From the NCBI GenBank assembly GCA_965113315.1, contig OZ220364.1: DNA of 64,000 nucleotides; one strand, 5' to 3'. Each line of letters opens with the position of its first letter. Positions within the stretch are counted from its first letter, which is position 1. Source of the DNA: Podarcis vaucheri (lineage: Eukaryota). The translations under genes and the position numbers were made by a program. Of the stretch, positions 1 through 62,540 are shown piece by piece. Below the pieces are notes generated by a model, which saw nothing but the letters and a program-made list of their open reading frames with translations, had not been told where the DNA came from and ran no database searches.

Positions 1-235
1 GGAGGGCCAGAGTTTGCCTATGCTTGGTAAACACAGCCTACATGTGTTTCTTGTGTTAATGTCCGTAGTCCAGACACATCTCACCCAGGCTCTACTTAAC
101 TGAATGAATGTTATTTCTGGTGCAAGGCTATACATCTGCATCCAGGACCACAATTGTTGCATAAGACCACTGCAGCTAAATCAAGGCCCAGGCTGTATCT
201 TATGGAAGAGAGACTTTGCTGCAGAGTTATCTTTG

Positions 236-472
236 ACAGTGTTAAAAACTGAGATAAGAAAGCTAGAAGCTAAATGGCACTTTAAACCTAGCTTATGGGT
301 GCAACAATGGCATTGCCTTCAAAGAGGTGGAGCTGTATCTTGCTCTTGCATTTCAGAGTTGTACCCTCAGTGTACAACTCAGGAGTTGCTTGTCCTCGGT
401 GTAAAGAAATTGTAATAATCTGATACTGAACATAGTTTTGCATAAAAGTCTTGCTGTTACACATTTTTTGAA
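236..472. repeat. Dispersed repeat whose inverted copy lies at 6547-6722 plus 7356-7430
   Basis: Direct reverse-complement match over ~240 bp. Confidence 0.85.
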
Positions 473-1187
473 ACACTTGATTTCCTTTTCGCTTTTTTTT
501 ATTAGGCTGCCTTTTCATTTTCACACACTTATGGGTATGTTTTTTATCCCCCCCTTTTTTTTAAGGAAAGAAAGGGTGGAAATAAGAAGCAGACACCTGA
601 TAACATAGGGCTGGCTGAATGCTGCACAGGCGAGGCTTAAACTGCTTGCCTCTCCCCACTCTTTTTGGAGCCTCCTGCTCCTGTGTTCAGCCCTTAAGAT
701 GAGAAAGAAGCGCCGAGGCCAACAGGCAAGCACTCACTCTTTCTCACGGCAAGCAAGCAAGCAAGCGGACACGCAGTTGCTGCTCATGCCGCCGATTTCT
801 GTCGTTCTTCTCCCCTCCTTCCCTGAGTCTGCCTACAGAATTTGCTCCAGCAGCAAAGCCCATTCCTCCAGCATTTTTAAGGAGGACGGGCTTTGCGGGG
901 GGGGGGGTGTTCACAACCCGCGAAACTCCAGTCCTCTGTCGTTAACAGGTGCAGTTCCTGCCTGACAGGGGGACACGGTCGATGCACGCTGCGGAGGCGG
1001 CGGGAGGCGAGGCGTGCAGGGCGGAGGTTGCGCGCGCGGGGGGGGGCAGGATTCTTTCTCGCGCCAGGGGGTGGGGGGCGATGAGCACAAGAGCTCAGGA
1101 AGCGCGCAAGCTGTAGCCATTTCCTGCTCTTTGTGCGTGTGTGTGAAAAGGAGGGAGGGGGGGAGAGAGGGAGCCTGTCTGACTAGG

Positions 1188-1231
1188 AGAGAGAGAGAGA
1201 GTGTGTGTGTGTGTGTGCGTGCGCGCGTGTG
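1188..1231. repeat. (GA)n(GT)n(GC)n compound microsatellite
   Basis: Read directly; further (TA)n at ~1653-1673 and (GT)n at ~2080-2108. Confidence 0.95.
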
Positions 1232-1406
1232 ACACGAATAGATCCGAGGAGGAGGCCGAGGCTGTGGCGGCGAAGGTGGAGACTGCCGAGTGGTGGCAGC
1301 AGCGGCGCCTCAGCATCTCTGCCTCCTCCGTTGCCCGCCGCTCGCTGCTGCATCCCGCGCAGAGCCCAGCCGCAGAGGCCGGCAGCATCCTCGCTTCCAA
1401 GGCCAG
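1232..1406 (+). other. CYFIP2: CYFIP2 non-coding exon 1 (5' UTR); start approximate
   Basis: ATG-free GC-rich segment in the CpG island ending at donor CCAG|GTAAAA (GT at 1407). A non-coding first exon fits the short UTR part of exon 2. The TSS cannot be determined from sequence. Confidence 0.7.
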
Positions 1407-4400
1407 GTAAAAAAAGAACCACGCGCACACCGGAGGATCCCGCCACCCCGCAGCCGGGGATCCTGGGGGCGCGACGACGGTGGCATCCCGGCGCGCGCGG
1501 CTGGGGGAGCCGCTGTCGAGCACGAGGCGGAGCGGAGCGGCCACGACTAAGGCGGCGGCGGCGGCGGGGTGGGAAGATGTCTCTTGGCGCGCGGCTTTCT
1601 CGGCTTCGGCGAAGGGTCTGCGGCCCGGAGGACGTGGGGGTGGCGGTTGCATTTATATATATATATATATATAGACGCAGGTGCGGGGTCGTTTTCCTCT
1701 CGGCGACAGGAACGGCGGACCTTCGTCAACATCCGTCGCCCGCCCCTGCCCGCAATTCATTCATCTCCAGCTAGCTTCGGCCGCTGACCGTGGCGGAAGG
1801 ATGCGATGGTGGTTTGATGTGGGGGCGAAATCTGGGCAGTGTTTGCGCAGGAGGGGTCTCCGCCCCCCCCCCGCCAAGCCTGGGAGCCCGTTACCTCCCA
1901 AGGGCCGAATATGACAGCTTTGCTTGAAGGGCGTTGAACCATGAGACTGCAAAGCTCTGCCATGATTCAAACGGGTTTGCAACAGGCTTCTGGCAAGACC
2001 CCGGGCTCTCCTCCCCCGCCCGTATATTTTTATTTTTGCATATGGGATGCATTTCAAAGCATCGATGCAGGCCTGGCGGGGTGTGTGTGTGTGTGTGTGT
2101 GTGTGTGTCTCGCAGGTGGCCAGGTGCCGAAAGAAATTGGGCCCCTGCTTGGGCTCCGAAGGAAGGATTTTCCAAGAGATCTCCCAGAATGCCTAGAGCT
2201 ACCTGGGATATTTCAAGGCCTCCTTGTTTATTATAGAGCACCAAGCAAGTTCCGTGTGATTGGTTTGTTTCCTATGGGGGGAGTAGGGGTGGAAAAATTG
2301 TGGTGGTTCCCAGGATTCTCTGCAAAAATGAAATGCTTATTCTGTCTTTCTTAATGAGCACATAGGGTTTAATTAAGCAGTGGCTTCCAGGATCAAATCG
2401 TACCCTTGCACAGTTGGCCAGTAATTTAGTCATTAGGTGGTTGTGGGGTTGTTGTTGTTGCTTTTGTTGTTTATTTCTGTCTCTTTGGTTGGGAAATTGA
2501 AGGTGTGGTGCATAGGCAGAGATAGATCAGGGTGTGGGAGGTGAATGGAAAATGCTCAAAGGGAAATGATGTGGATTCCATTGTCAAAACTGGAAAAATA
2601 AAATAAAAAAGATTAAGTGGTAGAGGTGAAGGTGCAAATAAACATAGTTGAAAAAACAATGTTGCAGATCATACTGAAAGAAGTAGTTGGAGCCAATGGG
2701 ATATGTGGTCTTTAACTTTGTAGAATTAGAGGTACTGTAAACCACTCAAAATATATTTTGGTTTGGGCAATAATAAATCTAGCTTGATTTTTTAAAAAAT
2801 TCTTTTCCTGTCCTGTGTCATGTACACTCATATCTGCATTCCATCCTTGAGAATACATTTAAACAATGTTATACAGAAGCATTTGTCTGAGTCAAACTTT
2901 TGAACCCACAAGGTGTGAGTGGGTTGGAAATGAATTAGCTAGTTTATAGGGCCAAGAAGGTGCCAGATGACAGGAGATGAATTGGTTTTGCAGAGAATTG
3001 CTGCACAAGTCACAGCTGAGATCTGTGAGGGGGGAAAACATGAGAAGGGCAAATAGAAGTGGGTGAGTTCTGATGGAGCTTCTCTGGATCCCCCCCCCCC
3101 ATATGTGCCTAGTGGGAGTTAAATGTAAATAAATAAATAAACGAACAAACCAGAATTTGAAGTTGCAGCTGAAAAGGATATTGTTGGCGATTCAGAGGGG
3201 GCCTCTGAGCCATCTGTTGCTGTCATTGTGGTGGCTGGGGCTGTGGGGTTTCACATCACAATAATCTTAAGTAATGAGGTTGAACTGACCTGCAGGAAAT
3301 GGAAAGGAAGGCAAGCTGTGATCAGGTGTTATTTGTTGTATTAGACGGTGAACTGCACCTCAGGATGTGTAGAGGACTTTTGGTTGCTGAAATGTAAGTA
3401 ATCAGCTGGCTCCAACTATTTTAAAATCAAGCTTTGCTCAACACAGCAGTTCTCAGAGTGAGAGATGCACCTCTTCACAGAAGTCATCTAGGAAACAGCC
3501 CCTACCAACCTACCTACCAACGAACTAACCACACTCTTCTAAAGGAGTGTTTTAGAAGTCTCCCTGTGATGTCATTGTGTGCATTTCTGCATATATTCTA
3601 GATCATCTGTTTTTCTTACAGTTAAGTTTTGTTTTCCTGCAATCCTCATTCCCCAACCTCATTTTAGCTTTTTATTTTATTTTATTTATTATGTGTACCT
3701 CACTTTTCCACTCCCCAAAGGCAGCTTATAGTCATCTAAAATAAAACCAAGAGTTAAATGCTATTCCCAAAAGTTGGAAGATCTTTTGCAGTGGCTTCTG
3801 GTGCTGTGTTGGAAACTGCAACCAGAATGGAAAATTAGATACACCACAGTACCCATGGAGAAGAACCTGGGTATGTACCTGGAGCTGTTCTGACATAATA
3901 AGTAACTCTGGCTAGATGGAAATGGAAACTTCTGTATTCCTTGTGGCCACCCGAAAAGAGAGGGAGCTGGAGGAGTGTGCAAGCTCATGGCTTGTGCACT
4001 TAATGCTAAATCATAGTTTAGTGTCCCATCCAAATGCAGTCATTGGGTCTTCCATTTCAACTTGTATTAGATATGTATATTCTAATATTTCAACTATGAG
4101 AAGAAGGGGGGATGTTCCTTTAGGGGTGTAACAAGAAATTGGCTATTTTTCTCCTTTTTTTACCACCTTATATTCCAGGGAAGGAAAGAAAGGAGTCGGC
4201 ACAGGGAAAACATCAATACATTTGTGGTACAGGGCAGAGGATCATGAGGTGGATGGTTCTGGGTGATTTCAACATAAAAGCCAAGGTGACTTTGTCTGGT
4301 GTAGTTCAGGAATTCATGGCCTCCATGACAATCATGGACCTGTCTTAGATTATATCTCAGCCAGTGCATGTTGCAGAACTCACAATGGATCTTGCCTTCT

Positions 4401-7400
4401 GTCTGGAACAAGTGATAATGTCATTACTTGATTAGGTTTGACCTGTAAGCTTCCCAGGGGTCTGTTATGGTTTTGATGCTCCATCCTTGCTGGCTGATTG
4501 AACCAGAGGGACCTGGACTGTCAGCGTTGGCCATCTGCAGAGTCCTATATACTTGTAGGAGCTTAGAGTAATTAAGTGATAGGCTCCACGGCTAGAGCAC
4601 AGGGTGTCAGACAACTTGTAGCCAAAATGACCTAATATAGGTAAGAACTCACTTGATGTCTTGGCCTTTGATGGTGATAATAGTGAACAAATCATATGTG
4701 TCCATCACCATTGTGATATAGCGTTGTCCACCTCAGTGTCGTCCAACAGAGCTGTTTTGTGTGGTGAGGGGTCTCCTGTGTGTGGGCTTCATGAAACAGA
4801 CCTTGGAACCCATAGAAGCCCACTAGGAAGAACTAGCAGTGCATGAGCTACTGTAATGTGTTTCACATAGGGCTGCCTTTGAATCTGTTTCAGAAACTTC
4901 AGCTGATGTAGAGCATAGCCATCTGGTTATCGGCAGGTGGTCAGCACATGCTACCTTGATTGGGTTGCCAGTGCATTTTTGGACCCACGTTAAAGTACTG
5001 GTTATTACCTTTAAAGCCTGGGATGGTTTGGAGCCAATCAAGTTATTTAAAGGATCACTTGAAGCCATATGGTCTTGCCCACAGCTTAAGAACTCAGAGG
5101 GCTGACTTCAGTGCCTGCCTGTAAAGTCAGTTAGACTGATGAGCAAATGTATATAACCTGAAATTATGGAATGCAGTTCTGTAGTGATTAGGCAGACCCC
5201 CATCTCACACTTTTTTTAAAAAAAGTTTTTGATAGAGGGGGACATGAATGAGTTAACTGGGTTAAGGCTGAGTTAAAATTTATGCTGGTGATTTTAACAT
5301 TATTATTTATTGTTGCCGACTTTTAAAAGGTTTTTTGGAATGTGTTTGCATTTTAAAATACTGTATGAGAAGGTACTATGTGGACACTCTCAGAAAGTGT
5401 AGTACAGTATATGTCCCTTAAATAAATAACTAATGTTACGCTTTGTAGACAACAGTGAAAGAGGGTATTTTCAAATAATTTGGTGGATGTTTCATTAGCT
5501 TAGCTTATTGTTACAGAGCAGAATTTTATTTCATAAGAATTAATGTGTGCTTATAGGAAGTGCTTTAATTGCATAGCTTCCATGTCCTGGCTTAGTGTAA
5601 ATATATAGCTATCCATCAAAGCGACAGGTATTTCTACAACACCACTAGGACCCCCTAATAGTTCTTCTTGGTATAAAGTGTTTAGAAAAGCAGTATCCCA
5701 GTGGAATACAGTAATTCTAAAGTGATAGCATAGGAACATATGGTGGGAATGGATGTCATACATTAATTCATAGAATTGAGCAAATGAGATGAGAACTGGT
5801 ATTAAAAATGAAAAATTTTGAACTATTGAAAACTAATGAATATTAAAACTATTGAAAACTTTAGGCTGATGGTAGTTCAGTAAATGTGTGCCTCAATTAC
5901 ATTTTAGCTTCTTTGCAGTATTCCTGCTGGTTCCCATTAGACCAATGGTCTTCCACACGTGGGTCAGAAGAACCCATGAGTTGGCCATAGTCTGACCTAT
6001 GGTCACAGCAGGAACTCTACCACCATAGCAATATATTATGTAAAATCAAAAATTGGATCTCTAAGCTCCTTGGGCTAATGATATATGAGTCCCATCACCA
6101 GAAGACCTCCACAAGGATTTCTGCAGTGCAACAGGGCTTCTCCCCCTCCCTCCCCTGCAGACCCCCTGCAATTGGCTTATGGGGGGAGGGGGTTTGCAAG
6201 AACCCCCTGGAGCAGCTCATGGAGAAGAGAGGGGATCAGTCCGTCTTGCAAGCCGAATTGCTTGTCCTGATAGAACAATCACATTAGTGCTACACTGAAT
6301 TCCTCCCAGAGTAGATCCATTGAAATTAATGGATATAACTTAGTCATAGCTATTAATTCATCGAGTCTACTCTGAATATGGCTAATCTTGGATTAGAGAT
6401 GGAAAGGCCTGAAAAAGGAATGGGGGGGGAATGTCCCACCCAGGCCTTACTTTTGTGTTTTTTTCTTAATCATTGTCAAACAAAATAATATTTTTTAACA
6501 AAATATTTGAGACAAGGTGCTCATATATTTACTAATCCAAAACAATTTAAAAAAATGTGGAACAGCAAGACTTTTATGCAAAACTATGTACAGTATCAGA
6601 TTACTACAATTCCTTTACACCGAGGACAAGCAAGTCCTAAGTTGTACATTGAGGGTACAACTCTGAAATGCAAGAGCAAGATATAGTTCTACCTCTTTGA
6701 GGGCAATGCCATTGTTGCGCCCTGTGAGTTCCAAACCTAGACGCCAGGCCAAGGAATGGCCTGAGTGGGTGCAGCTGCACTGAAACTGAGAGGATAACAG
6801 AAAGCCTTCCCTGAACCTTCTTTATATAACCTTCCATGATTCAACACAAGAATCAGGAGCACCTTTGCTGTTATAGGCTCCCCATACGAGCTTGCCTATG
6901 GCTTGAGGTTTACTGGGGTGGTCCTTCCGGTGCTTCCAACCCTGAGTGAAATTTGGGGTTCTATGACCTACCAGAAGGCCTTCTCAGTAACAACATCCCA
7001 GCTGTGGAACACAATCCCCAGACTTTGCCATCAGTTGTATAGGCCTTTAATATGTGTTAATTATGGTGTCAAAAAGATATTATATGAAGGAAAGGGGTAT
7101 AGGGAGAATCCAGGGCTTGTCTGCAGAGTGGAAGGAAAGGAGGACCTTTTTCTGCTTCTCCGCTTCCATCCGCTCTCTGAAGCATGGAGAAGAGACCCTT
7201 TTAAGAATATTAGGGGGGTGGGCAGGGGATACATGGCTTTGTTTTTTGCAGTCTTCACATGAGGACTAGACAATGTGAAAAATGAACATAATATTTTAGC
7301 TGCAGTTCATTTTCAGCTTTGTATTCTTGTTATTAAAGAAGTGCGCCTAGACATTCCATTGTTGGGCCCATAACCTAGGATTAAGGTGCCATTTAGCTTC

Positions 7401-10400
7401 TAGCTTTCATATCTCAGTTTCTAACGCTGTGGCAGAGATGGCCACCTTGAGTGTCCAGTTTGCAAACCTAAGACTTAAGTGTCCTTCCATGATCCCACTC
7501 CAAGAAGAGCTTGCCTCTCTCCCCAGGCAGGATCAGTGAATGTGAGTGAGGTGACACTGAGCAAAAGGGATGGAGGGAAGGAGGGAAAAGCCGACTGTGT
7601 ATTCCTAGCCCCGCATGGAAGCACCATCACAGCCTGAGCCAGAGCTGCTGCTTCCCGGCCACCTCCTCTCCTGGCACTAATAATAAACGTGCCACTCCTC
7701 TTGCTGCCCACCAGGCAGTTACCCCAGATGGCCAGCTGGGGGGGGGGGAGCACCTCTGCTCAGAGTTTCACACTCACCCCCTTCACTTCTCATCCAACAC
7801 CCAAGCAGTCTTTTCAAAGCAAGCAAGGGGGCAGGACTCAGGTGACTCTGAGGCCGGAAAAGAAAGACGCTTCTCCACTTCTCAAAGACCGGCTCATGCG
7901 CAAAGGAAGGGACCAGAAACATTGCCTTGGTTGTGCCTGAGCAGTTCCCACACGTGGAATGTGACTTGTGAATGGAGAGTTTCGAACTGTCCCTATAGCA
8001 TTTCCTTTGGCATATAAAATGGTATTGTATTTCTCAGGCTCATGACTGATGCTCAGGTTGTGAAGGGCTATTCCTTAGGTCAGAATTACAAAGTGACAGT
8101 TTTGATTGCTAGCGGTTTACTTGGAGGCAGTTTTGTGTTGTTGTTTTACAGTGTGTGTGTGTTGGTTGACCTGCTTGAGTTATCTGTTTTGCAGGTAGCA
8201 TTTTGATGATTACCTGCTGCTATTCAAATGTCTTCTAGTACTTGTAGTTTGACTCTTTGACTATCTTCTTCAGTTACAACTTTGTTTTTTGGAATTCTGC
8301 AGTGTTGAAGATGGAGCCATTCTAAGTTCATTTCTGAATCACATGCTCCTTGTTAAACATGGAGGACCTATTCTTTTGATCTGCATAGGATGGTGACTGC
8401 ACATTTATGAAAGCAATTGCCCCAGACCAATTGAGTAGTTTTCCCATGTTCATCACGGAACAAGTGCTTCCAGACAGCACAAGGTCATCCTACCCTAGTG
8501 CTAATTTTGCCTAGGGAGTTGCTGGTTTAGGCTGGCTTTGTGATGTCTGGAAATACTTAAATACTCTTTTTAGGGCCTCTGTGAAGAACAGAAGGCGTTG
8601 CACAGAAAATAATTTTTAAGAAAGGGGGACGGATCACTTAAGACTTTTTTGGAGATAGAGTCTTCTGTGCTTCATCATGTAATTTGAAGCAGAGTATGTG
8701 CTTTGTGAAAGGTCAAAAGTCTCCGTGTGTGGTTTTTTTTGGGGGGTGTGTGTGGAAAAAAGTCCCTTCTTTCAAGTTAGCTGATGCAATCCACTTCTAG
8801 TGTAGAAAGCATGTAGTTATCTGTTGAGAGCTTGGTGCTGTAACAGTAGTCGGTCAGGCATGACAGTGCAGGAAGTATTGCACCTATACATGAACCACAA
8901 AGAGTACAGTTTATATCCCTCCCACCCCATCCTGTTTTCTCTTTTGAACACTCGCTTTGTCAGCTCTGTCCCATATAAACCCACGAGGCACAGATGGCTT
9001 CTGTTGGCTAATACCCCCTGCTGACCTTTTGAGGATCACTGACCCAGTGACCCCATTGCAGTATCACTGGAAAAAAGAAGGAACTATTTGGCTTTTATGG
9101 CTGTGGAGATGATGACAGCGGCGGCACTAAGTAGCAGATGTTCTTGGCTCATGTGGGAAAGCTTGATAATTCTGCCATTATAGCAACAAAAATATCTCCT
9201 TAAAATCATGAATTGAAAAAGAAAAGACATGAGATTAGTGTGTAAGCTTTTTCAAGTTGAATCAATTGTAGGTAGGGTTGCCATTCCGCACCCCGCACCC
9301 CCCGAAAGGGCTCCTGTGCTTTGAACGGCTGCCCAAGGAGCAGATACTTTGCTGGGGTAATTTTTCTTGGTAGGGAAATTAAATGGTGGGGAAAGCTTCA
9401 TCTGTTAACATTTCTGCATGCCAGGGACCAAGCCAGAACCCCCCCCCTGGCAATTCTAATTATGCAGAATATGCATATATTTTGCTTCACTGTTCTCATT
9501 TAAATATTTTTGTCTGTTTGGGGTAATGATATCCATGAACAATTGTGCTGATTTAGAGGGGAATAGTACATCCTTTCCCCTTTCCATACTACAGCCAAAC
9601 TTTTGTAAGAAGCAATATTTGAGTGATAACAATACTCAGCCATGTTGTAAGCAAGGCTTTCTAGCTTCAGACCTGCCCTAGCTTCCTTTACTTTCAACAA
9701 CATTTTCACATAGAGACTCTGCCAGTGAAACTTCCGCCCTCAAAGAAAACAGCATCTCAAAACAACCAGCAGTGACAGGAGCAGCCATACCTGCTGAACC
9801 TCTCCATGTCATGAAGCCGTTAAACGCACATGTAGTCTCCTTCATTTCATGAGCACATGCACAAAGAAATATGTGGAGCAGAAGCACAGCATGAAATCTG
9901 CTGTGTGGGATGGAGTTTGCACTGAAGATATTTTGCTTTCTAATGCGGTTTTGTAAAGATAAACTTGGGCTGCCGTCCTAAGCCCATTTACCTGGGAGTA
10001 AGCTCTACTAAATGCAATAAGATTTCTAAGTGGACATGATTAAGATTGCATTGTTAGTCATGTATCATAGGCTGCAGACGTTACGTAACATGGAATGATC
10101 TAGCAACTGCAAGTTTCCAAGCTTCTCTGCATGACCAAAACAATGTTCATGTCAGAAAGAGATGCTCTTGTCCACATGCAACATTCCAGTTCTGAGACTA
10201 ATGACCACTTTCTGAGGCACTCCAGCCCTCTTCTCCAGCTGCTGAACACTTCAAAATGCTAAGCGTTATCACATATCAGGCACCTTAAATAGGACTTTCA
10301 TATCACCTCACATCACCTGGCAGGGAAGCCTCAATGCCAGGTTTGCACATTTATGGTGTGAACCAGCCCTGAGATGCACAGAATAAAAATGTGACAGAAT

Positions 10401-12312
10401 CGAACTGTGGGATATAACCTCATTTCATGCAAGGCTGCAGTGAGGTAAACAAGAGCCATTCACTTCAGCAGCTCTGAGGGAATATTATTATAATGTGCGC
10501 GTTCCTCAAGAGGATTGCTACTCCGCCTACCTTTGGGCTTGCTCCCAGGGGCAACGAAATGCAAGCTCTTGGGTCCTATGAATGTGTAAGGAGTTTCAGT
10601 TCAGCTCCTTCAAAATGAGAATAGTTGGTGTGACCCATATTTCTTCCTCCTGGAAACCTTTTCTTGTAAATCACTGGCCACAAAGCCTAGGCAAGCAGCT
10701 GCTTTGCTGTGACAGCTGTTTATCACACTTGCCATAAGGACCTTTTCAGAATTACCTCATCTGATCGTTGTGTCCATCTGTTGTCACTTCCATACTTGAG
10801 ATTGTAACACACATTAAATAACAGAGCCTTGACGAACACTACAGTTTTGCAGGGCCTACTGGTCCACAGATGAATAAAGATAAATAGACATCCATAAGTC
10901 CTTGTACCCTGATACAAGGGGAGGAAACACATTCCTTTGCTTGACATAGACGCCTTTGCACATCTCTCCCACTCCCCATTCAGTAGACTTCAGAGAATGT
11001 AGTTTGTCCTCTAAAGAATCAATTAGTTGTTTGATCCAATCTAAAATGCCCCATGGGAATGTAAAGATAATTCAACAGTTGTATAGTGTGCTCGGATGAA
11101 TTATCAGAATTTTACAGACTCAGGAATAATAATTAATTTATTCCTGCAATGTCGGCCTCTGGGTTATATTGACAGAGGCCAAACTTAATTGATAAAACCT
11201 CATAAACAGAAGTAGAAGAGGCATTTATTTTATTGAGCAATAATGCCAGTGTATCTCCTGCACTGAATCTGCACATGTTCTCTCAAGGTTGTGTTTCCTT
11301 TGCAGATATAATCACTCTTTCCCACCACTCTGCAGGTGCCTGTGCAAGTGCTGTAGACATTTGTTGGTTGTTTCCTTTTTCTGATGTGAAAAATAACAAA
11401 GTACACAGAATATTAAAAGAAGCACATGATCAGTCCAATTGAATTAACTGGATAAGTAGAAGCTTTTGAAAGATGCTGCAAAATAAGGGAAATGTTTTCT
11501 GGGGGTCACTTGTGAAAGTCAAAATAAAAAAAAATCCTTCCAGTAGCACCTTAAAAACCAACTAAGTTAGTTCTTGGTATGAGCTTTCGTGTGCATGCAC
11601 ACTTCTTCAGATACACTGAAACAGAAGTGAAAATGATAACACTTGTGAAAGTGTTATCATTGAGGACTTCTCTTCTGACAAACAGGGTTGGTTTCTCCAT
11701 ACTCAGGGGACTCCGTAGGTACATGAAATTATAAAGTTTGTACATTTTAAAAAAGCAGAGCGGAGTTCCCAGAGTGTTACTCGGGACTGTTTGTGTATGG
11801 AAATAGTTTAAGACAGTGAGGCAATGCTTCTTAAAGCGGCTGCACCACAGTAATGGTGTGCTGTTGGCCCATAGTATGGTAACCGCATTACAAGGTTACT
11901 ATTGCACAAATGGCATGCAGAAGGTAGTTACAAGATCTTTAGATACACAAGGTACTAGAAGGCTACAAATTATCCTTGTACCTCTCATCTGTGTCTCTAT
12001 TATCTCTCTCAAGACAAAAACATTTATCTACCTGCCCACCATATGATTGTGGTGTAGTCTTGTCTTAACTGCTTGTGTATGTAAATCAAATCAAGTCAAT
12101 GTGGTTTTCCTAATGATCTCAATGATCCACATGCGGGCTACCAGCAGGCTATCTTAATGCTATCTTAAGGCGGTTTCCCTTTGGAAATGCAGCCATGCAG
12201 CTTTGTCCTATGTGAGTTTACTCAGCAGTATATGGAGTGTTGTTGGCCTGGTGAACATTGGGGCTAAGTGTGTATAGTATTACAGCCCAGTCTGCATTCT
12301 AATCCATAGTTA

Positions 12313-12662
12313 GGTAAAGGTAAAAGGACCCCTGACCATTAGGTCCAGTCATGGCCGACTCTGGGGTTGTGGCGCTCATCTCGCTTTATTGGCCAGGGGA
12401 GCCGGCATACAGCTTCCGGGTCATGTGGCCAGCATGACTAAGCCACTTCTGGCGAACCAGAGCAATGCATGGAAACGCCAGTTACCTTTCCGCCGGAGCG
12501 GTACCTATTTATCTACTTGCACTTGGAGGTGCTTTCGAACTGCTAGGTTGGCAGGAGCAGGGACCGAGCAACGGGAGCTCACCCCGTTGTGGGGATTCGA
12601 ACCGCCGACCTTCTGATCAGCAAGTCCTAGGCTCTGTGGTTTAACCCACAGTGCCACCCACG
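12313..12662 (-). mobile_element. Sauria SINE
   Basis: (AGGTAA)n tail on +, tRNA-like B-box (GGATTCGAACC) near the far end, TSD TCCATAGTTA at 12303-12312 and 12663-12672. Confidence 0.92.
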
Positions 12663-12814
12663 TCCATAGTTATATCTTGCTTAATTCCCACTGGTTTTAA
12701 TGGGTCGTGTGTTTGCATTTTCTAATTTGATTCCATTTATTCTGAATCCCTAAGTTTTCTGGCACTGGTTCTATAACATAAGCTTATTTTCCTTGAGTTT
12801 AGTTGTGAGTCTGA

Positions 12815-62540
<49,726 letters not shown>

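Larger units (their letters stand above)
700..2150 (+). promoter_or_regulatory. CpG-island promoter of CYFIP2
   Basis: High GC and CpG density against a CpG-poor background. Contains GC boxes, an E2F-like TTTCTCGCGCCA (~1055-1066) and a YY1/ETS-like GCCATTTCCTG (~1116-1126). Encloses putative exon 1. Confidence 0.85.

Noticed and set aside
745-770. (GCAA)n run as a p53 response element (CYFIP2 is p53-inducible in human)
   Set aside because: Does not fit two RRRCWWGYYY half-sites; it is just a short tetranucleotide repeat.
699-2354. Many overlapping 60-190 aa ORFs on both strands
   Set aside because: By-products of the GC-rich CpG island and microsatellites: low-complexity translations with no domain resemblance.
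12389-12616. Recurring ORF ...PGHVASMTKPLLANQS... (also at 30468, 32972 and 57338)
   Set aside because: Antisense translation of Sauria SINE copies, not a protein family.
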